A stretch of DNA of 64,000 nt, from IMG/VR virus record IMGVR_UViG_3300030419_004954, positions 440 to 64,439 of that record. The stretch is one strand, 5' to 3'. A program made the translations under genes and the position numbers. The first letter of the stretch is position 1, and each line of letters starts with the position of its first letter. This DNA comes from a virus (taxonomy: Duplodnaviria; Caudoviricetes). A model generated the notes under the pieces. That model was given only the letters and a program-made list of their open reading frames with translations. It was not told the origin of the DNA and did no database searches. Positions 10,916 through 21,900 of the stretch are shown piece after piece.

Positions 10916-12432
10916 TGGCTATTAAAAGATATTTTGCTACAAAAGACAATACAATTACCAATTCGTTTAAAGCGGACTTGGTTACACGAGGTACTGGCTC
11001 CAATATGGGTCAGGCAGATATTTTAGAAGTTTTTTCAATATATGGCCAAGCAACAACTTCATCGATTGAATTAGAAAGATTTATAGTACAATTCAACACA
11101 ACTGATATTAACTCCGATAGAGACGACGGCCTTTTACCTGCATCTGGAAGTTTAAAGTGGTACTTGAAGCTTTTTAATGCTAGAGGATCCACCACTCTCC
11201 CAAGAGATTTTACGCTTAATGTACACCCAATTACCGCAACTTGGGAAGAGGGCTTTGGCTTAGACATGGACAATTACACCGATATCACTTATGATGTTGA
11301 AGGTTCAAACTGGGTTAAGAGCGCTGGAAATACCTCGTGGACAAGCCAAGGCGGCGCATATCTGGAGACCCCAAATGCAACCGCATCTTTCCCAGTCGGG
11401 AACGAGGATATGGTTCTTGATGTAACCACAATGGTTGAAGATTGGCTTGGTGATGCTCCAACTCGTAACAACTACGGCTTTATAGTCAAGTTGCCCCATG
11501 CAATTGAAAGCGGCAGCCTTTCTTATTACACTAAGAAGTTCTTTGCAAGAGGGTCCGAATATTTCTTCAAACGACCCGTTCTAGAGGCCCGATGGGACAA
11601 TCGTATAACCGACAATCGTGGTGATTTCTACCTTTCTTCCTCTTTGGTTCCCGCTGAGGAAAACATCAATACTCTGTACTTGTACAATTTTGTGAGAGGC
11701 AAGTTAAGAGATATTCCGGGTCTCGGTGTAAACAAGCACGTATATGTTTCTTTGTTCTCAGGGACTCTTGATAATACGGCCCCAACCGCCAGTGCTTTAC
11801 AGTTGGTGGTTGACGGGACTCATGTTAAGTCTACAAACAACTTGGTTGTGACCGGTGGTATTGTTTCAACAGGGATTTACTCTGCATCTGTGGCGTTTAC
11901 CGGATCTTCTACGATGAGCAAACTGTTTGATGTTTGGTTCACTGGAAGTCTGCATGTTTCGTCTGCCGTAGAAGCCACTCTTCAGTTTCACACTGGAAGT
12001 ATTGACGTCGAAAAATTTGAGGGCTCAAGCTTCTCTGACTCCAGCAAGTATTTCATAAATTTCACGAATTTGCAAGACGGATACTATCCAAAGCAATCTG
12101 CGCGTTTCCGCATGTTTGCAAGAAAAAAAGGGTGGTCTCCAAATATTTACACCGTTGCTCAAGCAACCGTACCTACCTTAACTTTTGAAAGTGCATCATA
12201 CCAAATTAGCCGAGTGGTTGATGATTATATTGTTATACCATACGGCACAGGAAGTATGTATTCCACATTGTTGTCTTATGATGTGTCTGGAAATTATTTT
12301 GATCTAGACATGGAGATGTTAGAGCCCGGATTTTCTTACAACATTAATGTATCAATTTATGATGCTGCTGTCGGCTCTTATATTGAGCAACCGTATCACT
12401 TTAAATTTAAGGTAAACGAATATGACTATTAG
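10915..12432 (+). CDS. Virion structural protein (baseplate region), DNRLRE-like beta-sandwich region
   Basis: 505 aa; WEEG.G, NW...W...GG, DVTTMVEDWL..NYGFIVK and RPVLEARW pattern; coupled to gp6 by TAATG. Confidence 0.5.
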   Translation: MAIKRYFATKDNTITNSFKADLVTRGTGSNMGQADILEVFSIYGQATTSSIELERFIVQFNTTDINSDRDDGLLPASGSLKWYLKLFNARGSTTLPRDFTLNVHPITATWEEGFGLDMDNYTDITYDVEGSNWVKSAGNTSWTSQGGAYLETPNATASFPVGNEDMVLDVTTMVEDWLGDAPTRNNYGFIVKLPHAIESGSLSYYTKKFFARGSEYFFKRPVLEARWDNRITDNRGDFYLSSSLVPAEENINTLYLYNFVRGKLRDIPGLGVNKHVYVSLFSGTLDNTAPTASALQLVVDGTHVKSTNNLVVTGGIVSTGIYSASVAFTGSSTMSKLFDVWFTGSLHVSSAVEATLQFHTGSIDVEKFEGSSFSDSSKYFINFTNLQDGYYPKQSARFRMFARKKGWSPNIYTVAQATVPTLTFESASYQISRVVDDYIVIPYGTGSMYSTLLSYDVSGNYFDLDMEMLEPGFSYNINVSIYDAAVGSYIEQPYHFKFKVNEYDY

Positions 12433-15400
12433 GGATTTATTTAGTAAATCAAAAGTAGCAATTGTCGAAAGCGCTGAAAGCGCAAGTGCCGACTTAGAAT
12501 CTACCACATATCTTGATACCAGAATACAAGATAACACCACCTTTGTTCCTTTTTTGGACTTTGGGGATCCAAGCCTTTTTGCTAAGTTTGGTTCTGCGGA
12601 AAAATACTACACCACTGGTATTGAGAGAGTTTACAATACATATCCTTACGATGGATCTAAGAGTGAAAGACTACAGTTCGAGCTGTCTTCGTCTTACATC
12701 GAACAATGGCTCTTCGAGAACAAATACCCAAAAACAACCGGATATGCAATATTCAGTGCCCCCGGCTGGGGTAACCAAGCATCTACAGCCGATGGTTATG
12801 GTTTGCCCGTCACCACAGAATACATTACAGCATTCGGCGGTCTTCACACCGCATCTGATGGAATGCTTGAGGGTTCATTATTTAAGAACTTTGATAAATC
12901 AATAAAGTATGACTCGGCGAAAAACCGTACACAAAACTTTAGAATCAATCCTTCTGAGGGAACCACCATTGAGTTTTGGCTTAACAAAAAAGCATTCGCT
13001 CCGGCCTTAACACAAAAAGAGGTTATCATCGACCTCTGGAACGGAGAGCTATCCTCTTCTTCTGATTATGGCCGTTTGACTCTTTATATGTCTGCATCCG
13101 GTGTCGGCGACTCTGGTGCAAACCCATTTAGGGCTACGCTGCAAAAAGGCACACAAGGATTTAGTGATCAAGCGTTAGCCTCCAGCAACCTTACAACTGC
13201 TTCGGTTGCAGACTCCAGTTGGCATCATTACGCAGTTTCTTTCCTGTCGGAATCAACAGGTGTTAGAAGTTATTTCTATGTTGACGGAGTTCTGGAGAAT
13301 GAAACTTCGTTCGGCTCCTTTGGTGTGGATGAACTCACTGGTCGAATCGATGCTCGCATTGGTGCTCTTCAAACATCACCATCTGGTAGTTCAGCATCGG
13401 CTGCCGCAGGTAAACTTAGTGGCTCGATGGACGAATTTAGATTCTGGAAAACCCGAAGAACATCAAAACAAATAAATATGAACTGGTTCCAGCCCGTATT
13501 TGGAGGGGCCAACACACAAGATAACAACGCCCCGCTCGGATGTTACTACAAGTTCAACGAAGGGATCGTTGGTGATGCATCAACTGATGGTATTGTTTTG
13601 GACTTCTCTGGCCGTCTAACCAACGGTATTTGGACTGGTTACGCCGCTTCTCACAGAAACACGGGCTCTTGCTTTGTTTCCTCCTCGGTATTATTTGTTG
13701 AGCCCGAGGATCCCATAATCTACAGCGCACATCCAGAAGTGGTTTCTTTGACTTCTGAAATGACGACCAGTGGCTCAAATCACGACTTGGTAAATTCAAC
13801 TTATCTTTATAACAAGATTCCTCAATTCATCAGAGATGATGATGAGACAACAAATGATTTTGAATTAAAGAATCTGATGCAAATAATGGCTTCTTATTTT
13901 GATACCCTTTATGCGCAGACCAGAATCCTTCCAGAATTAACGCAGAAGAATTATCTTTCTTCCTCCAACAAGCCACTTCCTTTCGCAAATCGCCTTTTGG
14001 AAAGCAGAGGTTTTGCAACAAGCGAGCTTTTTGTAGACACCGATATCTTAGAGTTTTACAACAACAACGATATGAACAACCTGAAGTATCAACAAAACGT
14101 CGATACAATAAAGAACTTGATCTATCACAACATCTATAATAACTTAGATTACATAATGAAATCAAAGGGTACCGAGAAATCGATGAGAAATCTTCTCCGG
14201 TGTTTTGGTATCGATGACGAACTTGTAAAGCTAAACTTGTATACTGATGGAGGAACTCACTATTTTAACGATGTATTCAAAAATTCATCAATCACGAAGA
14301 AATACATAGACTTTAACAACCCGATTTATTTTGATTCAACCATTTATCAAACATCTTCTGTGAACAACGCAAATGTTTATATTTCCGGCTCAGGCATGGG
14401 CGGAGCCGCCCAAAAGCTTGAGAGATACAATGCTTTTACGTTCGAGATCGATGCTTACATCCCAGAAAAGATAGATATAGCCGATGAGGCGTTCTTTGAT
14501 ACTCCGTTTATCTCCTCGTCTATCGGTGGTTTCCACCAACCTGCAACAGAGGTCGCGGGTAAGCAATATCACTGGTCTAGCGAAAACAATATCGCTAACC
14601 TTCAAATATACCTCGTTAAAGACAAAATTAACTCCGAGAGAGCAAAGTTTTTAATAACCAACGAACATGGTAGCGTATTCCTCACTTCATCTTTTTATGA
14701 TGATATTTATAGCAATAATAGATGGAATTTGAGCGTAAGGGTTGCTCCGGATCAATACGGAGTCATTGGTTCTGTTAGTACTGGTTCAAATCCAAATTAC
14801 GAATTAACCTTTTACGGCTTGAATTATCAATTTGGCGAGGTGAGAGACGAATTTAAATTAACCGCCTCTTTGAACTTTGCATCAGGCTCCTCATACATTT
14901 GTAATCCTAAGACAGTTTACGCGGGAGCCCATCGAGAGAACTTTACCGGCTCTGTTCTTACAAAGACAGATGTCCAGATCGGTGGATGTCGATATTGGTT
15001 TGATAAGCTTTCAGACGCAGATCTCAAAGCCCACGGCATGGATGTGACCAGCATCGGTGTAGACAACGCCACACGAAACGGCACAATGTTTACTTATACG
15101 CTTGAAGGCGTCCAGCTACCCCGTGCCGATATGTTAGCCTTATCATGGGACTTCGACACTGTAACAACCTCAGACACCAACGGCAATTTTGATGTTTTTG
15201 ACCTGACTTCCGGATCCACTTCTGCCGTGTATGGTTGGATTGATAATATTGTCGAGAGAGACCATCCTGCTATTGGTGCAAACTTTGGAACTTCAACCAC
15301 CGCTTTTGTTGATAACGAATTGATTTACAACTCCAAGAAAGAGTTGCCCGAGATCTCAGTCGCTTCAAACATGATCAACATTAAAGGCGATAATGAAATA

Positions 15401-18400
15401 TTCTTTATCAAAGATGATGATGTTTCTGATAATTTTTATTCTCTTGAAAAGAGTATGTACCAAGTCGTCTCTGAAGAGATGCTTTCCATGTTTGCCTCTG
15501 CTGTTGAATTTAACAACTTGATCGGTGAAGCAGTAGACAGATATCGTCCTCGTTACAAGAATCTTGAATTCATGAGACAGATCTTCTTTGAAAAGGTTGA
15601 ATCTGATCTAGACTTTGACAAGTTTACAAATTATTACAAATGGATCGACTCCTCCATCTCCGAGATGATGAACCAACTTTATCCGTTCTCGGCGCGACAT
15701 TCTGACTCAATTGCAGATGTAGTTGAGAGCCACATCCTTGAAAGAAACAAATACCAGAACAAATTCCCTCTTACGACTCGCTTGGCTTCAACCGAAGGCT
15801 CAATGCACGGCGTTGCAGAGCTTGATTATAGTTGGAAGTTTGGCCACGCTCCGGTTGGTCTTGCTGAGGATGAAAACTGCCTCTGGAACAAAGAGCGCAA
15901 AGAACGAGACATCGGAGACAGACAATTAATTTTAAATGCTCTGAACAATTACAATGATGTTGTGCAAGGCCCACTGTTAGCCGAAGCTGATGGAACAATG
16001 TATAGCGGATCGACTTTCGCTATCAACCGATTGACGAAACCATACAAGGTAGACATAGGCTTTAATGACTCAGTTCATGGCGGCACAAATTATTCAAAAA
16101 TTAAAGACAGAGACTTTGTGTACAATGCAACGTATATCCATGGTCCAGTAACAAAATTCACGTCGCTACAAGCTGGTGGTATTCCCCAGAACGTTATGGT
16201 TATGGGTCTCGGAGAAGGACAAAGCGTTGATAGTTTTATTGATTGTGATGACGAATTTGTTCCAAATGAAAAGAGAAAATATAGATTTACTGCAACCGTC
16301 GGTCGTTTTACTGAAGGTTTCGGGAACAATCCACGACAAGGTGCTGAATACATCAGCAAAGTTAAAGGAGAGGCTTATTGGCCATCAAATATAGTTTCTG
16401 GAAATGTTGAAGGTGGTTATCATGATTTGGTTACAACAAAGTTCAAAAGCGGCTCTATTATAACAAATTTACACTCGGATACTTTCTCTCCCGAAAACGA
16501 AATCGGTTTACAATCGCCTTTTACAAATGCATGGGTTGGAGGTCATCAATCTCGTCATGTTAATTTGAATAAATCAAGCAGCATCAATCCTTTAATGAAC
16601 GGCCTCAATGATCAATATTCTCGACCTGAAGCATGGCGTCTTTTACTTAAAGAATGCGCCAATGATCCAACTCAGACAAGTGGATCTATCTCTGGTTCAA
16701 ACGACGGGGCAATGGGTTTTGTCGGTCCTGATTATGGTGGCCCTTATCCTGATTACACAAGAAAATACGCCGTCCGTTATCGCGAGGAAAGAGTCAAAAG
16801 ACCAGTTAACCTTAGAAATATCCAAAGCACTACTGCTTCTGCCGTTCTTGGTAATTACAGCAAAAACTATGAGATCATAAGTTCATTTGGTATGCAAGGC
16901 AATAGCCCAGTGCTCAAAGATGCGACCGGTTCATTATTGCCTTCAGCTATCGGAGCTATCTTACCTAAGACGACCAATTATCAGACCTTAATAGGTCAAG
17001 CGCCTTTTGTATCTGGAAATGTTTTTGGAACATATCAAAATAATAGACAACCCGATACTGGGTCTTTAATCATCAGAGATGATGTTATTGGTAAAACTGC
17101 AACTCAAGGAGCAGCCTTTAAGGCCCCTGCTCACGATGTTGTCGGTACTGGTTCAATCTTGAGCGTTCCCAACGCTGCGGGAGGAACATCCACTTTTGAA
17201 ATCGATGCTGCTGGATCAGACTTTACAGTAAATACTAACGGCAGCGATACAAATTTCTTTAATAATTTGCAGACTGCTTTAGTATCAACCTCTGGATTGT
17301 ATAGCGCTGCCCCATATGCAGTTAGCGGAGGCGCAACTGATAATGTTTTGCAAATATATAGTCCGCTCGCTGCTGCTGCTCGCCAACCCGCTATGGGAGT
17401 CCAGAGCCCACATCTTTTAACTAACGCTACCAATGACGGAACTTTTTATTGGGCTGGCTGGATTTGGTATCCATCAACAGCCACAGGTTTAGAAAGATAT
17501 CTTTGGACAGTTCGCGATACGGACCTCGGCGTGGAAAAAGTGGGTATGTATATTGCTAGTAATGGTAACACGCTGCATATTTTCCGTAACGCATCTGGAG
17601 GAAGTGGAAAGCAGTGGATATACAACGCTGGTTCAAACTTTGATGATGTTTACGCTAATCAATGGATTCATCTTGCGGTGAATTTTAAAACATCTTCTGT
17701 CGCAGCGGAAAATTCTGTGACTTTGTACGTCAACGGTGTCTCAGCATCTTTCCGTCAATCACCGTCTGTTCCGTACGATTTTCACTCTTGTTCGGTTGGT
17801 AGTACATTTGATATTTTCAACGACGGCGCTGGAGGAAACACATCTGAGAGAAAACAGTTTTCCGGTTCAGTATCGGAGTGGGTATTTGGAACGGGCTCTC
17901 TTAGCGCCACTGATGCTTCAAGATTATACAATCATGGATATATTTCAGATGTCCCTTATAGTGCGTCAAACATTATTGCTAATTGGTCGTTTGGTAATAG
18001 TGGTTCATTCGGAACAGATAATATAACAAGACCCGGTGGAAAGTTTTTTAACCAATTAACTGAGAAATATTTTATCACATCATCAAACGCGATAACAAAT
18101 TATGAGCCCGGAGTATTCACGATCACGAGTACAGCCCCAGATGCAACAGCAAACCTGAAAACAATGAAAGTGGCCACATTCGGCCTTACAGCCTCTTCTG
18201 AAGATGCCGACTTCAATGGTACTCCATCTGCGACAGGCGATACAATTTACGTCAATATGACGGCACACAATGATCCATTTTTCACTTTCGCTGCGCTTTC
18301 AGGTGGTGTGACCCCTGTGACCGGTGACGTTAGGACAGCAAGAGATAATGTTATTGAAATACAAAGAGATGATTTAACTTCCTCAGATTCGATTATTGTA

Positions 18401-18982
18401 ACTAGGTTTTCGGCCCCCGGCGGTCCCGAGATTAATACAAGAGGTTATTTGGACATCGGCTCCCAAGAATTCTCTGCTTACAATGCTCTTCCGTTTAGAA
18501 ATCTAACTATAAGAGGCTCAGGCTCAGGGGAAGCAACAACAATCCGAGCAAACAGCCAAGCTTCAAGAAGAGAAGGTTTACAGACTCACTTGAGAAGACA
18601 TTCTGGACGATTTGGAGTTGATTCGGTGTACGGCTATGTAACTAACACTTACATTGTCGGAGATGCCTCATTCGAGAAAACAAATAGAAACACAAGAGTT
18701 GTTGTAGAAACAAATTCACTAGTCATCACCGATACTTTTGATAACGGCAACACAACTCGCCCAGTGCCTTCACAAGATTATGGGTATTCTTGGGTAACTG
18801 CCTCACTTGGAGAAGCAATGTCTGTAAGAACAGCGAAACAACAATTAGCTTTTGGCTATTGGCCAGTTGATGGAATACTTAGTGCATCAGCAGATGTAAA
18901 TTGGAGAAACAATGGATTTGATTCGGCAGTCCAGTTCCCAACAGCATCATTTGGAAATGGATTAGTAGGAGTGTATTCGTAA
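12422..18982 (+). CDS. Large baseplate wedge/receptor-binding protein with two LamG-like domains and a P2 gpI-like motif
   Basis: 2186 aa; TTIEFWL...WHHYAVSF...FYVDG...LSGSMDEFRFW and WIHLAVNF...LYVNG...FSGSVSEW (LamG-like); KSKGTEKSMRNLLRCFG (gpI/gp7-like). Confidence 0.65.
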   Translation: MTIRDLFSKSKVAIVESAESASADLESTTYLDTRIQDNTTFVPFLDFGDPSLFAKFGSAEKYYTTGIERVYNTYPYDGSKSERLQFELSSSYIEQWLFENKYPKTTGYAIFSAPGWGNQASTADGYGLPVTTEYITAFGGLHTASDGMLEGSLFKNFDKSIKYDSAKNRTQNFRINPSEGTTIEFWLNKKAFAPALTQKEVIIDLWNGELSSSSDYGRLTLYMSASGVGDSGANPFRATLQKGTQGFSDQALASSNLTTASVADSSWHHYAVSFLSESTGVRSYFYVDGVLENETSFGSFGVDELTGRIDARIGALQTSPSGSSASAAAGKLSGSMDEFRFWKTRRTSKQINMNWFQPVFGGANTQDNNAPLGCYYKFNEGIVGDASTDGIVLDFSGRLTNGIWTGYAASHRNTGSCFVSSSVLFVEPEDPIIYSAHPEVVSLTSEMTTSGSNHDLVNSTYLYNKIPQFIRDDDETTNDFELKNLMQIMASYFDTLYAQTRILPELTQKNYLSSSNKPLPFANRLLESRGFATSELFVDTDILEFYNNNDMNNLKYQQNVDTIKNLIYHNIYNNLDYIMKSKGTEKSMRNLLRCFGIDDELVKLNLYTDGGTHYFNDVFKNSSITKKYIDFNNPIYFDSTIYQTSSVNNANVYISGSGMGGAAQKLERYNAFTFEIDAYIPEKIDIADEAFFDTPFISSSIGGFHQPATEVAGKQYHWSSENNIANLQIYLVKDKINSERAKFLITNEHGSVFLTSSFYDDIYSNNRWNLSVRVAPDQYGVIGSVSTGSNPNYELTFYGLNYQFGEVRDEFKLTASLNFASGSSYICNPKTVYAGAHRENFTGSVLTKTDVQIGGCRYWFDKLSDADLKAHGMDVTSIGVDNATRNGTMFTYTLEGVQLPRADMLALSWDFDTVTTSDTNGNFDVFDLTSGSTSAVYGWIDNIVERDHPAIGANFGTSTTAFVDNELIYNSKKELPEISVASNMINIKGDNEIFFIKDDDVSDNFYSLEKSMYQVVSEEMLSMFASAVEFNNLIGEAVDRYRPRYKNLEFMRQIFFEKVESDLDFDKFTNYYKWIDSSISEMMNQLYPFSARHSDSIADVVESHILERNKYQNKFPLTTRLASTEGSMHGVAELDYSWKFGHAPVGLAEDENCLWNKERKERDIGDRQLILNALNNYNDVVQGPLLAEADGTMYSGSTFAINRLTKPYKVDIGFNDSVHGGTNYSKIKDRDFVYNATYIHGPVTKFTSLQAGGIPQNVMVMGLGEGQSVDSFIDCDDEFVPNEKRKYRFTATVGRFTEGFGNNPRQGAEYISKVKGEAYWPSNIVSGNVEGGYHDLVTTKFKSGSIITNLHSDTFSPENEIGLQSPFTNAWVGGHQSRHVNLNKSSSINPLMNGLNDQYSRPEAWRLLLKECANDPTQTSGSISGSNDGAMGFVGPDYGGPYPDYTRKYAVRYREERVKRPVNLRNIQSTTASAVLGNYSKNYEIISSFGMQGNSPVLKDATGSLLPSAIGAILPKTTNYQTLIGQAPFVSGNVFGTYQNNRQPDTGSLIIRDDVIGKTATQGAAFKAPAHDVVGTGSILSVPNAAGGTSTFEIDAAGSDFTVNTNGSDTNFFNNLQTALVSTSGLYSAAPYAVSGGATDNVLQIYSPLAAAARQPAMGVQSPHLLTNATNDGTFYWAGWIWYPSTATGLERYLWTVRDTDLGVEKVGMYIASNGNTLHIFRNASGGSGKQWIYNAGSNFDDVYANQWIHLAVNFKTSSVAAENSVTLYVNGVSASFRQSPSVPYDFHSCSVGSTFDIFNDGAGGNTSERKQFSGSVSEWVFGTGSLSATDASRLYNHGYISDVPYSASNIIANWSFGNSGSFGTDNITRPGGKFFNQLTEKYFITSSNAITNYEPGVFTITSTAPDATANLKTMKVATFGLTASSEDADFNGTPSATGDTIYVNMTAHNDPFFTFAALSGGVTPVTGDVRTARDNVIEIQRDDLTSSDSIIVTRFSAPGGPEINTRGYLDIGSQEFSAYNALPFRNLTIRGSGSGEATTIRANSQASRREGLQTHLRRHSGRFGVDSVYGYVTNTYIVGDASFEKTNRNTRVVVETNSLVITDTFDNGNTTRPVPSQDYGYSWVTASLGEAMSVRTAKQQLAFGYWPVDGILSASADVNWRNNGFDSAVQFPTASFGNGLVGVYS

Positions 18983-21900
18983 TGTCTCAATTTGTAGATC
19001 TTGTTGGTTTAAATACCTTTATTTATGAAGCGAACGGGTATATACCTGAAAGAATTAGCTCAAACGGTGCGTTCCTTGAATATGTTACTGGAGACGGTAT
19101 AGCATATAAACTTGGCTCCGTATCAACACAATTAGGATATGCTGTAACTCTTAATAATCATATTGGATCTTACGGCTTCTCTCAGCCAAATACCTACCCG
19201 TCAGGAAACACTACAACTCAAATTTTTCAGTATATTGATATTAACCAATTACAAAACCACAAATTTCCTCTGTTTCTTTCAGCCAGCTTGGTCCCCGGAA
19301 TCCCATCATCCGCTTCTTATTTCCCAGCGTTGATGTTAAAAAGAAACGGTCCTTATGGGCACCCAATGTTTAAACAGATTCGTGTGCATGAGAATCCTCT
19401 CACCCGCAGACAAAGAAAGGAAAACATTTTTACTATTGTAGAGATGCCGTCAGATGAGATTATAAAAACATTTGGCTCAAACAGACAAACAAAAATAATT
19501 CGGTCTCGATATGGAAACATTATCGGCTACAGAGAAGCCCCTTTGACCTCAAAATACAAACCACTAGATTGGCTTGTGGGTTTATCCCCAGATAATGAAA
19601 GAATAGACAACCAGACGGAATTGACTGTTGATAACATTGAAAGAGTTGTAATGAGAAATTCTTTTGGTAATGATATAAATTTCTTTGCTAATACCGATCT
19701 AAACAATCGCTTGGGCCTTGAGGTCCTAAAGGATGAAGATTACGAAAAGATAACTAATCTTTATTTAGACGGTGGCTTGGATTCAGATGGAAGCCCCATT
19801 TCAACTTTTGAGTTTTTAAAATACTCAGAGACCATTTTTCCTCGTGAGACCAATGCATATCGAAAGATCGCTCGAAAACGATTTAACTTTGTGAACGGTT
19901 TCTGGAGAGACGCCCGCTCAGACAGATCAGTAATCCCAACCAATATTTTTGATTTTAAATTTGAAGTCAGAACTAACACTGCTTTAGGCTCAACGCATTT
20001 ACCAAGTATATGGCCGCTTGATGCTGATGTAGAATTTGCAACCAAAACAAGATCAACCATATCAGCTTTTTCAGTTGCTTATCTTGGTAGTAGGCAAACT
20101 GACGATGGCGCTGGAACTAGTCCAAACTATATTTCTGGTGGTGCCGGTATTTTACAAAATCAATACTCTCATTTTTCACCCGTTGCTTTAACTAATCAAT
20201 TGTATGTTGGATCTCTTATGAAACCTGCTCCTGTATACAACAGACGCCACGGCATGGGCGATATCTCTTCTGCTACGAACCAAAGGCTCGTAACCAGTTC
20301 CGTGGTTGCCCCAGATGGTATTGTAATTCCAGAGACTGGTAGTAGTTATCTGGGCGGCGTAGGAGTGGGTGCTCCATTCCAAGGTCAAGCCCTTTGGGAA
20401 GCAGGAGTCCAATCCGGCAAAAACCCATTTGATTCCTCGTATGGTGTGTGGTACGAAAATTTGAGACTTAAGGCAAAAGATTACTCTGTTGTCCCAGAAT
20501 TTACAATATCCAGCTTTGTTCCCACGATCGAGGTATCAGGTGCTCTTAAATTTATTGATAATATGTTTGAAGTGACTGGCGGTTCGAGTGGAGAGACAAA
20601 TGCATTTGATCCGACTGCGGTGTTTTTTGGTAACGACTCTTCAGAAACTAAATTTTATGAGACTTACTCAACAAGTGATTTTATGAAACATTTTGCAAAG
20701 ATCAAAAAAGATCACACAAATTTTGTTGAACCATCAAAGATCACTCTTACTTGTAAGGCATTCAAAAAGTTCTTAGCGTATGATTCATTCTACCCAGCGC
20801 TTAGAACAGTTGATATCGCTCAACAGTTTTCAAGCTCGTACTCCGAATACATAACAGCGACAAGTAGTTTGAACCCAGTCCCCGGCACCGATAACGCTTC
20901 ATACATCCACGCTCAGAAGTTACAAAACCTGTTAGTTCCTTTGTTATCACCCGGCATTTTGTTTAATTCAATCAAAGCTGGCGTTGCCTGTGATTACCCG
21001 CTTATGACCGGTTCTCTTGCAACAAGAACAAACACCGCCTTTGGCGCATACACAGTTATATCCGGCGCTTTTTACGACACCAGAATCCCATTCGAGGCAC
21101 TGTATCAACCAGAGGCATATCTATCGAATACAGACTTGATATGTAATGAACCATCGTCTTTTGCAAACACAAAGATAAATTCTGTTTGGACAGGTCAGGG
21201 CGATAATTTATACAAAAAAATGATGAACAACTTCTTGGCTGAAACAGTTGAGTTCTTTTTAGAAGATAGTTCCCTGACCTCTATTGTGTCTGCAAAACAA
21301 TCAAATTCAAAATTTGGTAACGCTGTTGCGGGAAAAAGCTATGGAATGAGAGTTAAGTTAGGCAAAACGCTTGACGGCAATAAAGCACTCTTTGCTGGTG
21401 AAAAAGGAAACTATTCCCCACCAAATACTTACATCACCGGCGGTGCCTTAGCAGTTGATATCACAAGCCCCAGAGAAAACATAACAATGTACTCTAGACC
21501 ATCTGCGTTTGGTCCCCCGACAGACGGCTTTGGTTCTAAAACTGAACAAAATGCAACCAATGGCTCCATTGGCGGACACTATTTTCCATACACTCCGCCT
21601 TACTATGATGGAGAGGCATGGTGCGATATCATATTTACCGCCGCCGAAACAAAGAAATATACTTTGCGTGAAATTATAGACAGTTCTCAATACAGATTAA
21701 TACGTGTCGATCCTATGTCGGCAGGATCTAGTTCTGTTTTTATAAACACAATGGAACTACTCGAAGAGACTCAAGCAGGGATGCAAGCCACAAAATTTAC
21801 AAGACAGTTTGGAAACGACGCCTCGTTCTTTATTGATAGTAAAGATATTGGTTTATTCACAGACTCGGACTTAGATTATAAACACCTTCATTCTCCGATC